DNA of 64,000 nucleotides, taken from contig OZ251225.1 of assembly GCA_965240325.2 (NCBI GenBank), positions 124,001 to 188,000 on the forward strand. The letters are read 5' to 3'. Made by a program: the position numbers and the translations under genes. Below are positions 55,205 through 64,000 of this stretch, in pieces. The notes beneath the pieces are model-generated. The model saw nothing but the letters and a program-made list of their open reading frames with translations. It did no database searches and was not told the DNA's origin. The stretch comes from Rebecca billardiae RCC1528 (lineage: Eukaryota > Protista > Haptophyta). Position 1 is the first letter of the stretch; each line of letters begins with the position of its first letter.

Positions 55205-57394
55205 TCACCGGATGCGCGCGGCTCGCCAGTTGCTCGGCACCAGCCCGTACTGCCGCCGCACCGCGTCGAGCCAGTTGACGACGGCGAAGAAGGCGAGGGC
55301 GCGCGCGGCGCGCAGCAGCTGGACGGCGCGCGCGCGGCGCGCCTCGTGCGCGGCCAGCTGCGCGCGCACCGCCCGCCGCTTGAGGTACGCCTCGTTCTCG
55401 AGCTCGTCGATGGGCGGCGCGCGTACGCCCCAGTGCTCGGCGAGGGCGTCCACCTCGGCCCGCGCCGCGGACACCAGCCCCTCCAGCTCGCGCTCCAGCC
55501 GCGCGCGCACCTCGTCGTACGGCGTGCTCCAGCGCAGCCCGGCGCGCGCGTCCAGCGCGCGGACGCGCGCGCAGCCGCGCTCGCACAGCAGCGCCGCGTG
55601 CTCGTGCAGCGCGCCCGCCGCGAGCGACGCGTACCGGCCGAGGGCGCCGTTCATCTGCTCGTCCAGCTTCGACTCGAGGTACGCGCGCTCGCGAGAGACG
55701 ATGCCCTCCCAGTCCGTGCCGTCGTCGGCGTCGGCGTCGGCGGCGTCGGCGTCGGCGGCGTCGCCGTCGGCCACTGCGCCGTCCGCGCGCGCGGGCGCGG
55801 CGCTCGCGCGGCCGGCAGGGCCTGCGCGCGCCGCGGCGGCGCGCGCCGACGCGCCCGGCGCAGCGCCTCCGCTCGGCGCCGCCCGCCTCGCCGCCCCGCG
55901 CGCCCCTCCGCGCGGTGCGCCGCGCCACTTCTCCCCGAGCCAGCGCGTGCACATGCGCTCAAACTCCAGGCACACGTCCGTGCGCAGCCGCACGCACCGG
56001 CCCTCGAGGGCGGAGAACGGCTCGGACAGCGCGCCGGGCAGCGAGGGCGGCACGGGCGCGGCGGGCGCGCGGCCGTCCTCGGCGGCGTGCGCGGCGGGCA
56101 CGAGCGCCGCCGCCGCCGCCGGCTCGGCGCCGCCCGCCCCGTCCGCCCCCGCCTCGTCCGCCCCCTCCGCCGCGCCGAGCGCGCGCGCGTACTGCTGCAG
56201 CAGCAGCACGCACGCGCGCCGCAGCCGCGCCTCCGCGACCGCCGCGGCGAGGGAGGGCTCGGGCACGTGGATCGCGCCCTCGAGGAGCCAGCGCTCGAGC
56301 TGCCAGTAGAACGCCTCGCCGCTCAGCTCCTCCCCGCCCACGCGCAGCGGGCGCAGCGCCCGCTCGCACGTCGCCCGCAGCGCGCGCACGTCCGCCACGA
56401 AGGGCGGGGCGAGCCGCGCGTCGGGCGCTGCGCTCAGGTCGGCGAGCACGGCCTCGTCGTGGTGCGGCGCGTGGAGGGGCACGAGCTGCAGGGAGGCGAA
56501 CTCCGAGCGCATCACGCCGCGGAGGGGCGCGCCGTCGGGCGCGCCGTCGCGCGGGCCCGCCCCCGCCCCCTCTGCCGCGCTGCCCTCCGCCACCGTCTCC
56601 GCCTCCGCCTCGGAGCCGCCGCCGCCGCCGCCGCCGTCGCTCGCGCCGCGCAGCAGATGCGCCAGCAGCCGGCGCAGCTGCGGCGCCGAGGGCGCGGCGC
56701 CCTCGCTCGGCGCCGCGCCGCCCGGCTCGAGCCGCGCGATCGCGCGCTCGAGCTGCCGGAAGTTCATGCCCTGCACCGCCCACACGACCGCCGGCCTGGG
56801 CAGCGCGTCCGCGGCCGCCAGCCCGCGCTGCGCCAGCTCGCGCCGCACCAGTCGGGTCGTGCTCGCAAACGCGCGCAGCCGCTCGACGTCCTTCGCGTCG
56901 AGCGGCGCGCGCGTGTTGTAGATGATGCACGCCGACATCAGCCGCACCGCGGCGAACATGTTCGCCTCGAACGAGCGGCTCGTCTGCTGCAGCACGCCGT
57001 GGAAGCCCTCCGTGTCCACCAGGTACACCGCGAGATCGCGCCGGGACGCGCCCTCGCCGAGCGGGAGGATGAGCGGGCGGTCGGAGATCCACACGCCGGC
57101 GGTCTTGGAGAAGAGATCCGCGCCCACCTCGAACGACTGGCGGTCGGCGAAGCACCGCCCGAGCAGCGAGGACTTGCCCGTGCGCGTCGGGCCGACGATG
57201 CTCACGATGCAGAACGGGCGCGGCGCGTTGCGCAGGATGGCGGCGCCCTCGCGGGTGAACTCGAGGTGCGTGCGCGTGCTGCGAAAGAGCTGCACGCTAC
57301 GCGTCCGCCCGTCCGCGCCCGCGTCGCCGCTCCCCCGCGCGCCCAGCGCGCACACGAGCGTCGCGAGCGCGCACGTCCACCGGCGGGCAGGCAT
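55205..57394 (-). CDS. Guanylate-binding protein / atlastin-like (GB1/RHD3 family) GTPase
   Basis: G1 IVSIVGPTRTGKSSLL, G2 SKTAGVWI, G3 YLVDTEGF, SACIIYN; helical C-terminal region. ATG 57394 chosen because the longer ORF overlaps the divergent gene. Confidence 0.88.
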   Translation of the reverse strand: MPARRWTCALATLVCALGARGSGDAGADGRTRSVQLFRSTRTHLEFTREGAAILRNAPRPFCIVSIVGPTRTGKSSLLGRCFADRQSFEVGADLFSKTAGVWISDRPLILPLGEGASRRDLAVYLVDTEGFHGVLQQTSRSFEANMFAAVRLMSACIIYNTRAPLDAKDVERLRAFASTTRLVRRELAQRGLAAADALPRPAVVWAVQGMNFRQLERAIARLEPGGAAPSEGAAPSAPQLRRLLAHLLRGASDGGGGGGGSEAEAETVAEGSAAEGAGAGPRDGAPDGAPLRGVMRSEFASLQLVPLHAPHHDEAVLADLSAAPDARLAPPFVADVRALRATCERALRPLRVGGEELSGEAFYWQLERWLLEGAIHVPEPSLAAAVAEARLRRACVLLLQQYARALGAAEGADEAGADGAGGAEPAAAAALVPAAHAAEDGRAPAAPVPPSLPGALSEPFSALEGRCVRLRTDVCLEFERMCTRWLGEKWRGAPRGGARGAARRAAPSGGAAPGASARAAAARAGPAGRASAAPARADGAVADGDAADADAADADADDGTDWEGIVSRERAYLESKLDEQMNGALGRYASLAAGALHEHAALLCERGCARVRALDARAGLRWSTPYDEVRARLERELEGLVSAARAEVDALAEHWGVRAPPIDELENEAYLKRRAVRAQLAAHEARRARAVQLLRAARALAFFAVVNWLDAVRRQYGLVPSNWRAARIR

Positions 57395-57543
57395 GCTGAC
57401 CGCCACTCGCCACTCGCCACGTGTTGATCCGTGATCACTGATCTCCCGATCGCTCAGATCGCAGAACGATGGCAGATCTGAGCAGATTTCTGAGCACCGT
57501 TCACCGCCGCGTTCAGCCAAAGGAATGATAAGTGCGCAGCAGA

Positions 57544-58881
57544 ATGATGACGATGCCGCGCGCCGGTGGCATGACGCGCGCCGCGCGCTGGTGGGCGATG
57601 GGGCTGTGTGCGGCTCTCGGCGCGAGCGCGCGGCCGTACATCCTCGAGGACGACTTCGGGCACACCCTGTGGAACGCGCACCTGCGTGACGGCGTGTGGA
57701 AGGGCGCGTATGAGAGCGACAAGCAGCAGAGGCATCCGCCCAGGCCACGGCGCCTGCTGATGCGCGGCCTCTTCAACACGGGCACGAATCTGATGCAGCA
57801 GCTGATCGAGCGCAACCTGCGCGCGACGGTGTATAACTACTGGCCGCGCGCGCGTCAAAAGAACCTCGCCTCCACGCCGCACCCCGTGCCGTACGGCTGC
57901 CACAAGCACACGCCGCTCCGGCTGATCTCACCCGCCGTGATCGACCCACTCTTCGTGCAGGACGCGTGGCTCTCGGTGGTCATGGTGCGCCACCCGGTGC
58001 AGTGGCTCGCGTCAATGCGCAAGGCGCACTACGACTTCTTCTGCGCCGACTGGTGCAACCTCACCGCGTGCCGGCAGGAGGTGTGGCGGCAGTCGATGCT
58101 CTGCGCTATGCCTGCGGGCTCGCTGCGATTCGGCCGGCTGGAGGACGCGTGGATGGACTGGGCGGCCGCGCTGATGCGCTGGCGCGCTCCGCACGTGGTC
58201 GTACGGTACGAGGACGTGCTGCTCCGCCCGTACGCCGTGCTCAAGTCCGTCGCCTCCGCCGCCAACGCCTCCTTCGTGCCCGAGCACGCGACGGAGGCGA
58301 CTCTCGCCCTGGTCGAGCGAGCGGCCAAGGCGCACGGCGGCGCGACCGGCCGGCAGCCGAAGCTGGCTGAGCTGGAGGCCGCGCGGATCGAGACGCTGCT
58401 GGTCGACGGCAACGTGCAGGCCGCGTCGTGCCTGCCCGAGCTGCGCCACGTGCAGCGCCCGGGGCTCCTCCCACCCTCGAAGCTGCCCGCGGGCGCGCTG
58501 CCTGCGGCGGCCACGGCGAGCAGCAGCCGCGACGCGGGCGCCCACAAGCCCGCAAAGCCCAAGCCCAACGTCCTGCCCGAGCTCGACACCACGGCGCGGG
58601 CAAGGGGGCGTGAGGTGGCCGCGCAGGTGAGCGAGCACATCCTCGCGCGCATCGCGGCGAACCCGACGCTGCAGGAGCTGTGCCACACACTGGGGTACGT
58701 GTGCACACCCGATGCGCGGCTGCGGAGCGCGCAGCCGTGGGCGATGGCTCGAGCGCTGAGCGGCCGAGCATTGGCGCTGGCTTCGGCCCCGGAGACCCAG
58801 CCGTCGCTCGCAACGATCGCGCGCAAGCCACTCGCGGCAGGGAAGCTCCCGCACGCCGGCAGCACGAGCCGGTATAGTTGA
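57544..58881 (+). CDS. Secreted/Golgi sulfotransferase-like protein
   Basis: Signal-like WWAMGLCAALGASA; LLMRGLFNTGTN (5'-PSB loop); CHKH; VVMVRHPVQWLASM; VVVRYEDVL. Confidence 0.75.
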   Translation: MMTMPRAGGMTRAARWWAMGLCAALGASARPYILEDDFGHTLWNAHLRDGVWKGAYESDKQQRHPPRPRRLLMRGLFNTGTNLMQQLIERNLRATVYNYWPRARQKNLASTPHPVPYGCHKHTPLRLISPAVIDPLFVQDAWLSVVMVRHPVQWLASMRKAHYDFFCADWCNLTACRQEVWRQSMLCAMPAGSLRFGRLEDAWMDWAAALMRWRAPHVVVRYEDVLLRPYAVLKSVASAANASFVPEHATEATLALVERAAKAHGGATGRQPKLAELEAARIETLLVDGNVQAASCLPELRHVQRPGLLPPSKLPAGALPAAATASSSRDAGAHKPAKPKPNVLPELDTTARARGREVAAQVSEHILARIAANPTLQELCHTLGYVCTPDARLRSAQPWAMARALSGRALALASAPETQPSLATIARKPLAAGKLPHAGSTSRYS

Positions 58882-59369
58882 GTCGCGCCCGCAGTCGTGT
58901 AATCCGCGGGCCTTGACTACTAAGTATAGCAGTAGCACGGTATATATATATAGGAGTAATGAGTAAAGGCCGCTTAGCCGAACCCGCCGCCACCTGGTCC
59001 TGACCAAGGGGGCAAGGGCTTGTCCTGACAGACGACCGCCTGATGACTCCTGAGACCTGAGCGCGCGCGCCCGACCTGTCAGTTTCGGGTATGGACCCGA
59101 GTTTCTGCTACCGCATATGTTACCTTCATAGGGGAAATGTTTTCTATAGGGATTTTTGGCCCTGTCGGCCGTAGCGATGGTAACACCCCGGTCACCCGCC
59201 CGCGCAGGCACGCGAGGGACTGCAGCTCGACAGCGCGCGCGTCAGGCGCGCGCGCGCGGCGGCGGCCGCGGCGGCGCGCCGCGTCGCCGCCGTGACGCCG
59301 TCGGCGTCCTGAGTCAGCGGCGCGGTCGGTCCGCGGCAGCACTCCTGGGCCGGCGGGCCCGGGCCTCGC

Positions 59370-59902
59370 GGCCCGGGAGGAGGCCCCCTGTAACAGCTGT
59401 AACACCGTAACACGTAACAAGTTCGGCGCGTCCGGGTCCGGGGCTGCCGGCGGGCCGGCCGCGCCGGGCCCGGGAGGAGGCCCCCTGTAACAGCTGTAAC
59501 ACCAGTAACATGTAACAAGTCCGGCGCGGCGAGTCCGTGAGCCGGCCGGTCCGGGTCCGGGGCGGGCGGGCCGGCGCCGGGCCCGGGAGGAGGCCCCCTG
59601 TAACAGCTGTAACACCGTAACACGTAACCAGTCCGGCTCGTCCGGGTCCGGGGCTGCCGGCGGGCCCGGCCCCGGGCCGCGCCCGGGGCCCGGGAGCCGG
59701 GAGCGGCCCCCTGTTAATGACTGAGCTGTAACACCGTAACACGTAACAAGTCCGGCGCGTCCGGGTCCGGGGCTGCCGGCGGGCCGGCCGGCGCCGGGCC
59801 CGGGAGGAGGCCCCCTGTAATAACAGCTGTAACACCGTAACACGTAACAAGTCCGGCGCGTCCGGGTCCGGGGCTGCCGGCGGGCCGGCCGGCGCCGGGC
59901 CC
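59370..59902. repeat. Tandem array of five ~100-113-bp units, each with a cluster of GTAAC(A) subrepeats
   Basis: ggccccctgtaacagctgtaacaccgtaacacgtaacaagtccggcgcg core at 59382, 59479, 59592, 59705 and 59809. Confidence 0.92.
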
Positions 59903-60078
59903 TGACGAGCCGGTGGCGCCCGGCAGCACAACCACCGCTTCAGCAGTGGCACCGGATGAAGAGCTGATGAGAGCTTTGTCGGGCAGCGCGCTACGCATAT
60001 GCTACTTCCGGTCTAAATAATAATGTCAATGAGCGGCGGGCGCGGGCGCACAGTCATTAGTCAGGTAGTAGCGTAGAA

Positions 60079-61230
60079 TCAGCACAGCTGGTGAAGGTCG
60101 TGGAGGAGGCTGAGCAACGACTCGAGCGCGGCGGTGTTATGCTGACCGTATTCGTCCTGCGCCGGCGACGACACATGCCGAGACGATGAATGCGCCTCTG
60201 CCGGCAGCGTGCCCAGTGGTGGTGGTTCGCTTCGACCGAGTGCCTCGAGTGGACCGCTGCACTCTGAGTCCAGCATTCCCATGTCGTGCGCGCTGTGCGC
60301 ACTGACAGCGGCAATGATGGCCGTCGCAAGGTCCGCCTCCGAAGACGATGGCGCCTGCCGTGCGAGCTGATGAGCCGCGTTGTCGTTGCCGTTGGCCTTG
60401 AGGGCAGTGGTAGTGGTTGCGTGCCATGGTGGCATCGTTGCCTCCGGCACCACCGCCGCTGTCGGCTCGCCAGCCACCACGGCGATGTGCGCGGAGAACT
60501 GCGACACGTCCTTGGGCGTGGGAGCAGAGCCCGACTGATCGGCAGGCGAATACGCAGCGGTGGTCGTGGCCGTGATCATGGTCGTAGCCGAAGTAGTAGA
60601 GGAGCCGGGCGCCGCAACCGAAGTACGGAGGCGCGCGGCGATGTCCATGTTCTGGTTGCTTGGCCGCGTCTGCGACTGCGTGATGACGGCTGTGCCGGGC
60701 AGCAACAAGGTGTTGCCGAGGAGCGGCGGCGGCGCGGGCGAAAGCGCATTCGTCGGGCCTAGCTGCGCCCCCCCGACCGGCATGCCGGCCGGCATGGCGG
60801 ATGGCTGCCACACCGGGTAGGCGGGCACGCTCGACGCGTGGAACGTCAGCGGTCGTTCGGTCACCGGAACGGGCATTGCTGCCATGGGAACCGTCGGAGC
60901 TATCGCGCCCGTGTGCGGGAAGAGCGTGGTGGGCATGCTCGTGCCGATGGGCGCCAGCAACGCGGCTGGGCGTGGGCCTTCAGGCACACGCACCGCATCA
61001 GCAAGCAGCCCGGCAGTGGTGTCCGCGGCCGAACTCGTCGGCGGCGGGCGGCGGTGCCGACGGTTCTGAAACCAGATCTGCACTTGGCGCGGAGTCGCGC
61101 TGAGCGAGCGCCCAAGCGTCTCGCGCAGTGCACGAACTGGGTACGGGTGCGTCTCGAACACGCGCTCGAGCACCCGCCGCTGTGACGGCGTGACGTTCCA
61201 CTTCGTCTCGCCCGCGGGCCCGACTGGCAT
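60079..61230 (-). CDS. Homeodomain transcription factor (paralogue 1)
   Basis: KWNVTPSQRRVLERVFETHPYPVRALRETLGRSLSATPRQVQIWFQNRRHR; first in-frame ATG at 61230 (track uses GTG at 61266). Confidence 0.9.
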   Translation of the reverse strand: MPVGPAGETKWNVTPSQRRVLERVFETHPYPVRALRETLGRSLSATPRQVQIWFQNRRHRRPPPTSSAADTTAGLLADAVRVPEGPRPAALLAPIGTSMPTTLFPHTGAIAPTVPMAAMPVPVTERPLTFHASSVPAYPVWQPSAMPAGMPVGGAQLGPTNALSPAPPPLLGNTLLLPGTAVITQSQTRPSNQNMDIAARLRTSVAAPGSSTTSATTMITATTTAAYSPADQSGSAPTPKDVSQFSAHIAVVAGEPTAAVVPEATMPPWHATTTTALKANGNDNAAHQLARQAPSSSEADLATAIIAAVSAHSAHDMGMLDSECSGPLEALGRSEPPPLGTLPAEAHSSSRHVSSPAQDEYGQHNTAALESLLSLLHDLHQLC

Positions 61231-61870
61231 GGTGCAGACGCAAGTCACCGCGCGCTCGTTGTCCACGTGCGGGAATCAGGCCGAGTTTCCGCCGGTTCGA
61301 AAAACGAATTTGGCGCGGCACATTACAACGCCAGCTTCTCTATTCATTCGCCGTCGTATGCTAATATTCATTTGGGATCCGCCGCGCACATGGGACGTTC
61401 AAGCCCATTCATTTGGCAGGCTCCGGTGGCCTAGCACCAATAATCGCCTACCTGTATGTATTAATTGGGATCTGGACGGGATCGTTTTAAAACGGGCGGT
61501 CGGGATGAAAAACGGCGCGCTAAAATTCAAGCAAGACCATCGTCCAATCAGTCGATTCGGCGAATTGCCGCTGTCCAACGTCATTCGCGAGCGAGCAGAG
61601 CCTGTAGGGCGCGCATATTAATCACGATACCTACCGAGCCGTAATGTATGAATAATAATCTTGACGACCGCGGCCGCGCGTCCGACACTCCGACAGATTG
61701 GAACGACGCGGGCACATCAGTACTTCCGACCTCCGGGTGTGCCGATGGACCGACGGCGATCGTCAGCACTAGCATCACTGCTCATCCCCTCTCAACTCAT
61801 CCCTCGCCCACCTCTTGTCTACTCTCCAAATGCCGAAATGCAGCCGCGGGTGCACGTCGTGCCAGCGGAA

Positions 61871-62998
61871 TCAGCACAGCTGGTGGAGGAGGCTGAGCAA
61901 CGACTCGAGCGCGGCGGTGTCATGCTGACCGTATTCGTCCTGCGCCGGCAAGTGCGGAGACGATGAATGCACCTCTGCTGGCAGCGTGCCCAGTGGTGGT
62001 GGTTCGCTTCGACCGAGTGCCTCGAGTGGACCGCTGCACTCTGAGTCCAGCATTCCCATGTCGTGCGCGCTGTGAGTGTGCGCACTGACAGCGGCAATGA
62101 TGGCCGCCGCAAGGTCCGCCTCCGGAGACGACGGCGCCTGCCGTGCGAGCTGATGAGCCGCATTGTCGTTGCCGTTGGCCTTGAGGGCAATGGTGGTGGT
62201 TGCGTGCCATGGTGGCATCGTTGGCGGGGGCACCCCTGCCGCTGTCGGCTCGCCAGCGTTCGCGGCGACGTGCGCCGAGAACTGCGAGTGCGAAACGCAC
62301 CGGGGCGTGGGAGCAGAGCCCGACTGATCGGCCGGCGAAGACGCAGCGGCGGTCTTGGTAGTAATAGTGGTAGAGGAGCCGGGCGTCGCAACCGAAGTAC
62401 GGAGGCGCGCGGCGGTGTCCGTGTTCTGGTTGCTTGGCCGCGTCTGCGGCTGCGTGATGACGGCTGTGCCGGGTAGCAAGGCGTTGTCGAGGAGCGGCGG
62501 CGGCGCGGGCGAAAGCGCATTCGTCGGGCCCAGCTGCGCATCCCCCGCCGGCATGGTGGATGGGTGCCACACCGGGTAGGCAGGCACACTCGACGCGTGG
62601 AACGGTAGCGGTCGTTCGGTCACCGGCGTAACGGGCATTGCCACGGGAACCGTCGGAGCTATCGGCGTCGCGGCCGTGTGCGGGAAGAGCGTGGTGGTGG
62701 GCATGCTCGTGCCGATGGGCGCCAGCAACGCGGCTGGGCGTGGGCCGTCAGGCACACGCGCCGCATCAGCAAGCAGCCCGGCGGTGGTGTCCGCGGCCGA
62801 ACTCGTCGGCGGCGGGCGGCGGTGCCGACGGTTCTGAAACCAGATCTGCACTTGGCGCGGAGTCGCGTTGAGCGAGCGCCCAAGTGTCTCGCGCAGTGCA
62901 CGAACTGGGTACGGGTGCGTCTCGTACACGCGCTCGAGCACCCGCCGCTGTGACGGCGTGACGTTCCACTTCGTCTCGCCCGCGGGCCCGACTGGCAT
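61871..62998 (-). CDS. Homeodomain transcription factor (paralogue 2, tandem duplicate)
   Basis: Same homeodomain with two substitutions; colinear with paralogue 1 through to the stop codon. Confidence 0.9.
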   Translation of the reverse strand: MPVGPAGETKWNVTPSQRRVLERVYETHPYPVRALRETLGRSLNATPRQVQIWFQNRRHRRPPPTSSAADTTAGLLADAARVPDGPRPAALLAPIGTSMPTTTLFPHTAATPIAPTVPVAMPVTPVTERPLPFHASSVPAYPVWHPSTMPAGDAQLGPTNALSPAPPPLLDNALLPGTAVITQPQTRPSNQNTDTAARLRTSVATPGSSTTITTKTAAASSPADQSGSAPTPRCVSHSQFSAHVAANAGEPTAAGVPPPTMPPWHATTTIALKANGNDNAAHQLARQAPSSPEADLAAAIIAAVSAHTHSAHDMGMLDSECSGPLEALGRSEPPPLGTLPAEVHSSSPHLPAQDEYGQHDTAALESLLSLLHQLC

Positions 62999-63403
62999 GG
63001 TGAAGTCCGCGCGCTCGTTGTCCACGTGCGCCGTGCGGTGAGCGGTAATTGCAAGGCGGCTTCAACTTTCAAGGTGTGCGCCGGGCCGAGTTTCCTCCGG
63101 ATAGTTCGACGATGATGAACTTCTGACGACAACATGACTATCATACAACGGCACAACGCTACCGTCTGTATTAATTTATCAACGCACGGGTACGCACCAC
63201 GCTCAATCATTGGCGCAAAGAGGTGGGGGACGAATGTGAATCGCTTGCATTTTGAGCAGCAAACGACATACGGTACGCATATTCATTGGGATCCAGCCCT
63301 CACAGGGCATGTTAATCGGGGTCTTCACCGACGCCGCAAGCGGCCAAGCGCAACAAATTCCAAGGGGTTTTGAAACATAGTACTTCGGACATGTGTCCCT
63401 GAA

Positions 63404-64000
63404 TAAAACTGTGCCCTGGCGGGCGGGGGGGTCGGCGGGCCGTGCCAGTGCTGTCGCAATGTATCCTTTGCGGGTTCGCGTCTTTCCACATTCGCTCGTG
63501 GCCGTGGGTTACGGACAGTCGAGTGCAAGGACCAGTGATGACACGTGAAGTTGGCTCCCCGACGTGTGACACGTCTGGCAGTCTGTACTCTTATGCGCAT
63601 CAGCGAGGCCCACACCCACGAGGGAATGTGCAGCACGCGGGGCGGGGCGGGTAGCCCGTTGCTCCGCGCGAGCGCGGGTACGCACTGTATGTGCCGCATC
63701 TCGACCGCGATGGCCTAATCGAGCGCCTCGCCGGCCCTCGCCGCCGACGAAGCCGCCAGAGTAGATCATGTGCATGTCCTCCTGCCGCCAGCCGAGAGCG
63801 GTCGTCGCGAGGATGCTTGCCGATGTCTGCTCCGGGCATGATGGGCTCGGCGCAGGTCGCGTTGGCGTCGTGCACGGCTGCCACGCTGAGCACGAGCGCG
63901 TTGACGTTCGCGCGGTCGTCGCTCTTCGCCTCGTGCGACAGGTCTGGCGCCTGCGTGTTCGGCGGCACAAGGAGCTGTTGGTTGTGCGCGCGCGCGCACA
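63404..64000. mobile_element. Non-autonomous DNA element, copy C (runs off the window edge)
   Basis: Starts TAAAACTGTGCCCTGGCGGGC... and is colinear with the first ~600 nt of copies A and B. Confidence 0.87.

Noticed and set aside
59370-59902. CRISPR-like appearance of repeat plus variable linker
   Set aside because: The linkers are homologous to each other rather than unique spacers, the context is eukaryotic and no cas genes are present.

Overview
Very GC-rich eukaryotic nuclear DNA with short GT-AG introns packed with CG/GC repeats. Signal-peptide-bearing FtsZ and KEA-type antiporter genes point to an alga with a complex plastid; a haptophyte of the Pavlovales type is my inference, not something I could check. 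Most long ORFs in the track are GC shadow frames. Supported genes, left to right: AGC kinase (5' end outside the window), Zn2Cys6 transcription factor, multipass membrane protein with a TIR-like domain, sulfotransferase-like protein, single-pass receptor (IPT/TIG + Bmp-type ligand-binding domain outside, TIR/HET-like domain inside), KEA/KefC K+/H+ antiporter divergent from ftsZ, a hypothetical protein, a ~4,400-aa LRR-extensin-REJ-GPS polycystin-like protein, a GBP/atlastin-like GTPase divergent from a second sulfotransferase-like gene, and two tandem homeobox paralogues. The centre (28.7-41.5 kb) is a nest of elements abutting TA runs. It holds an intact CRE-like RT/restriction-like-endonuclease retrotransposon with a non-canonical GHDD active site beside a (TA)78 tract, plus a non-autonomous DNA element family with asymmetric ends and a Ulp1-protease-like remnant, whose copies are joined end to end at TA runs. 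Best leads: the TA-targeting element system, the Bmp-TIR receptor, and a GTAACA iteron-like array next to the homeobox pair.
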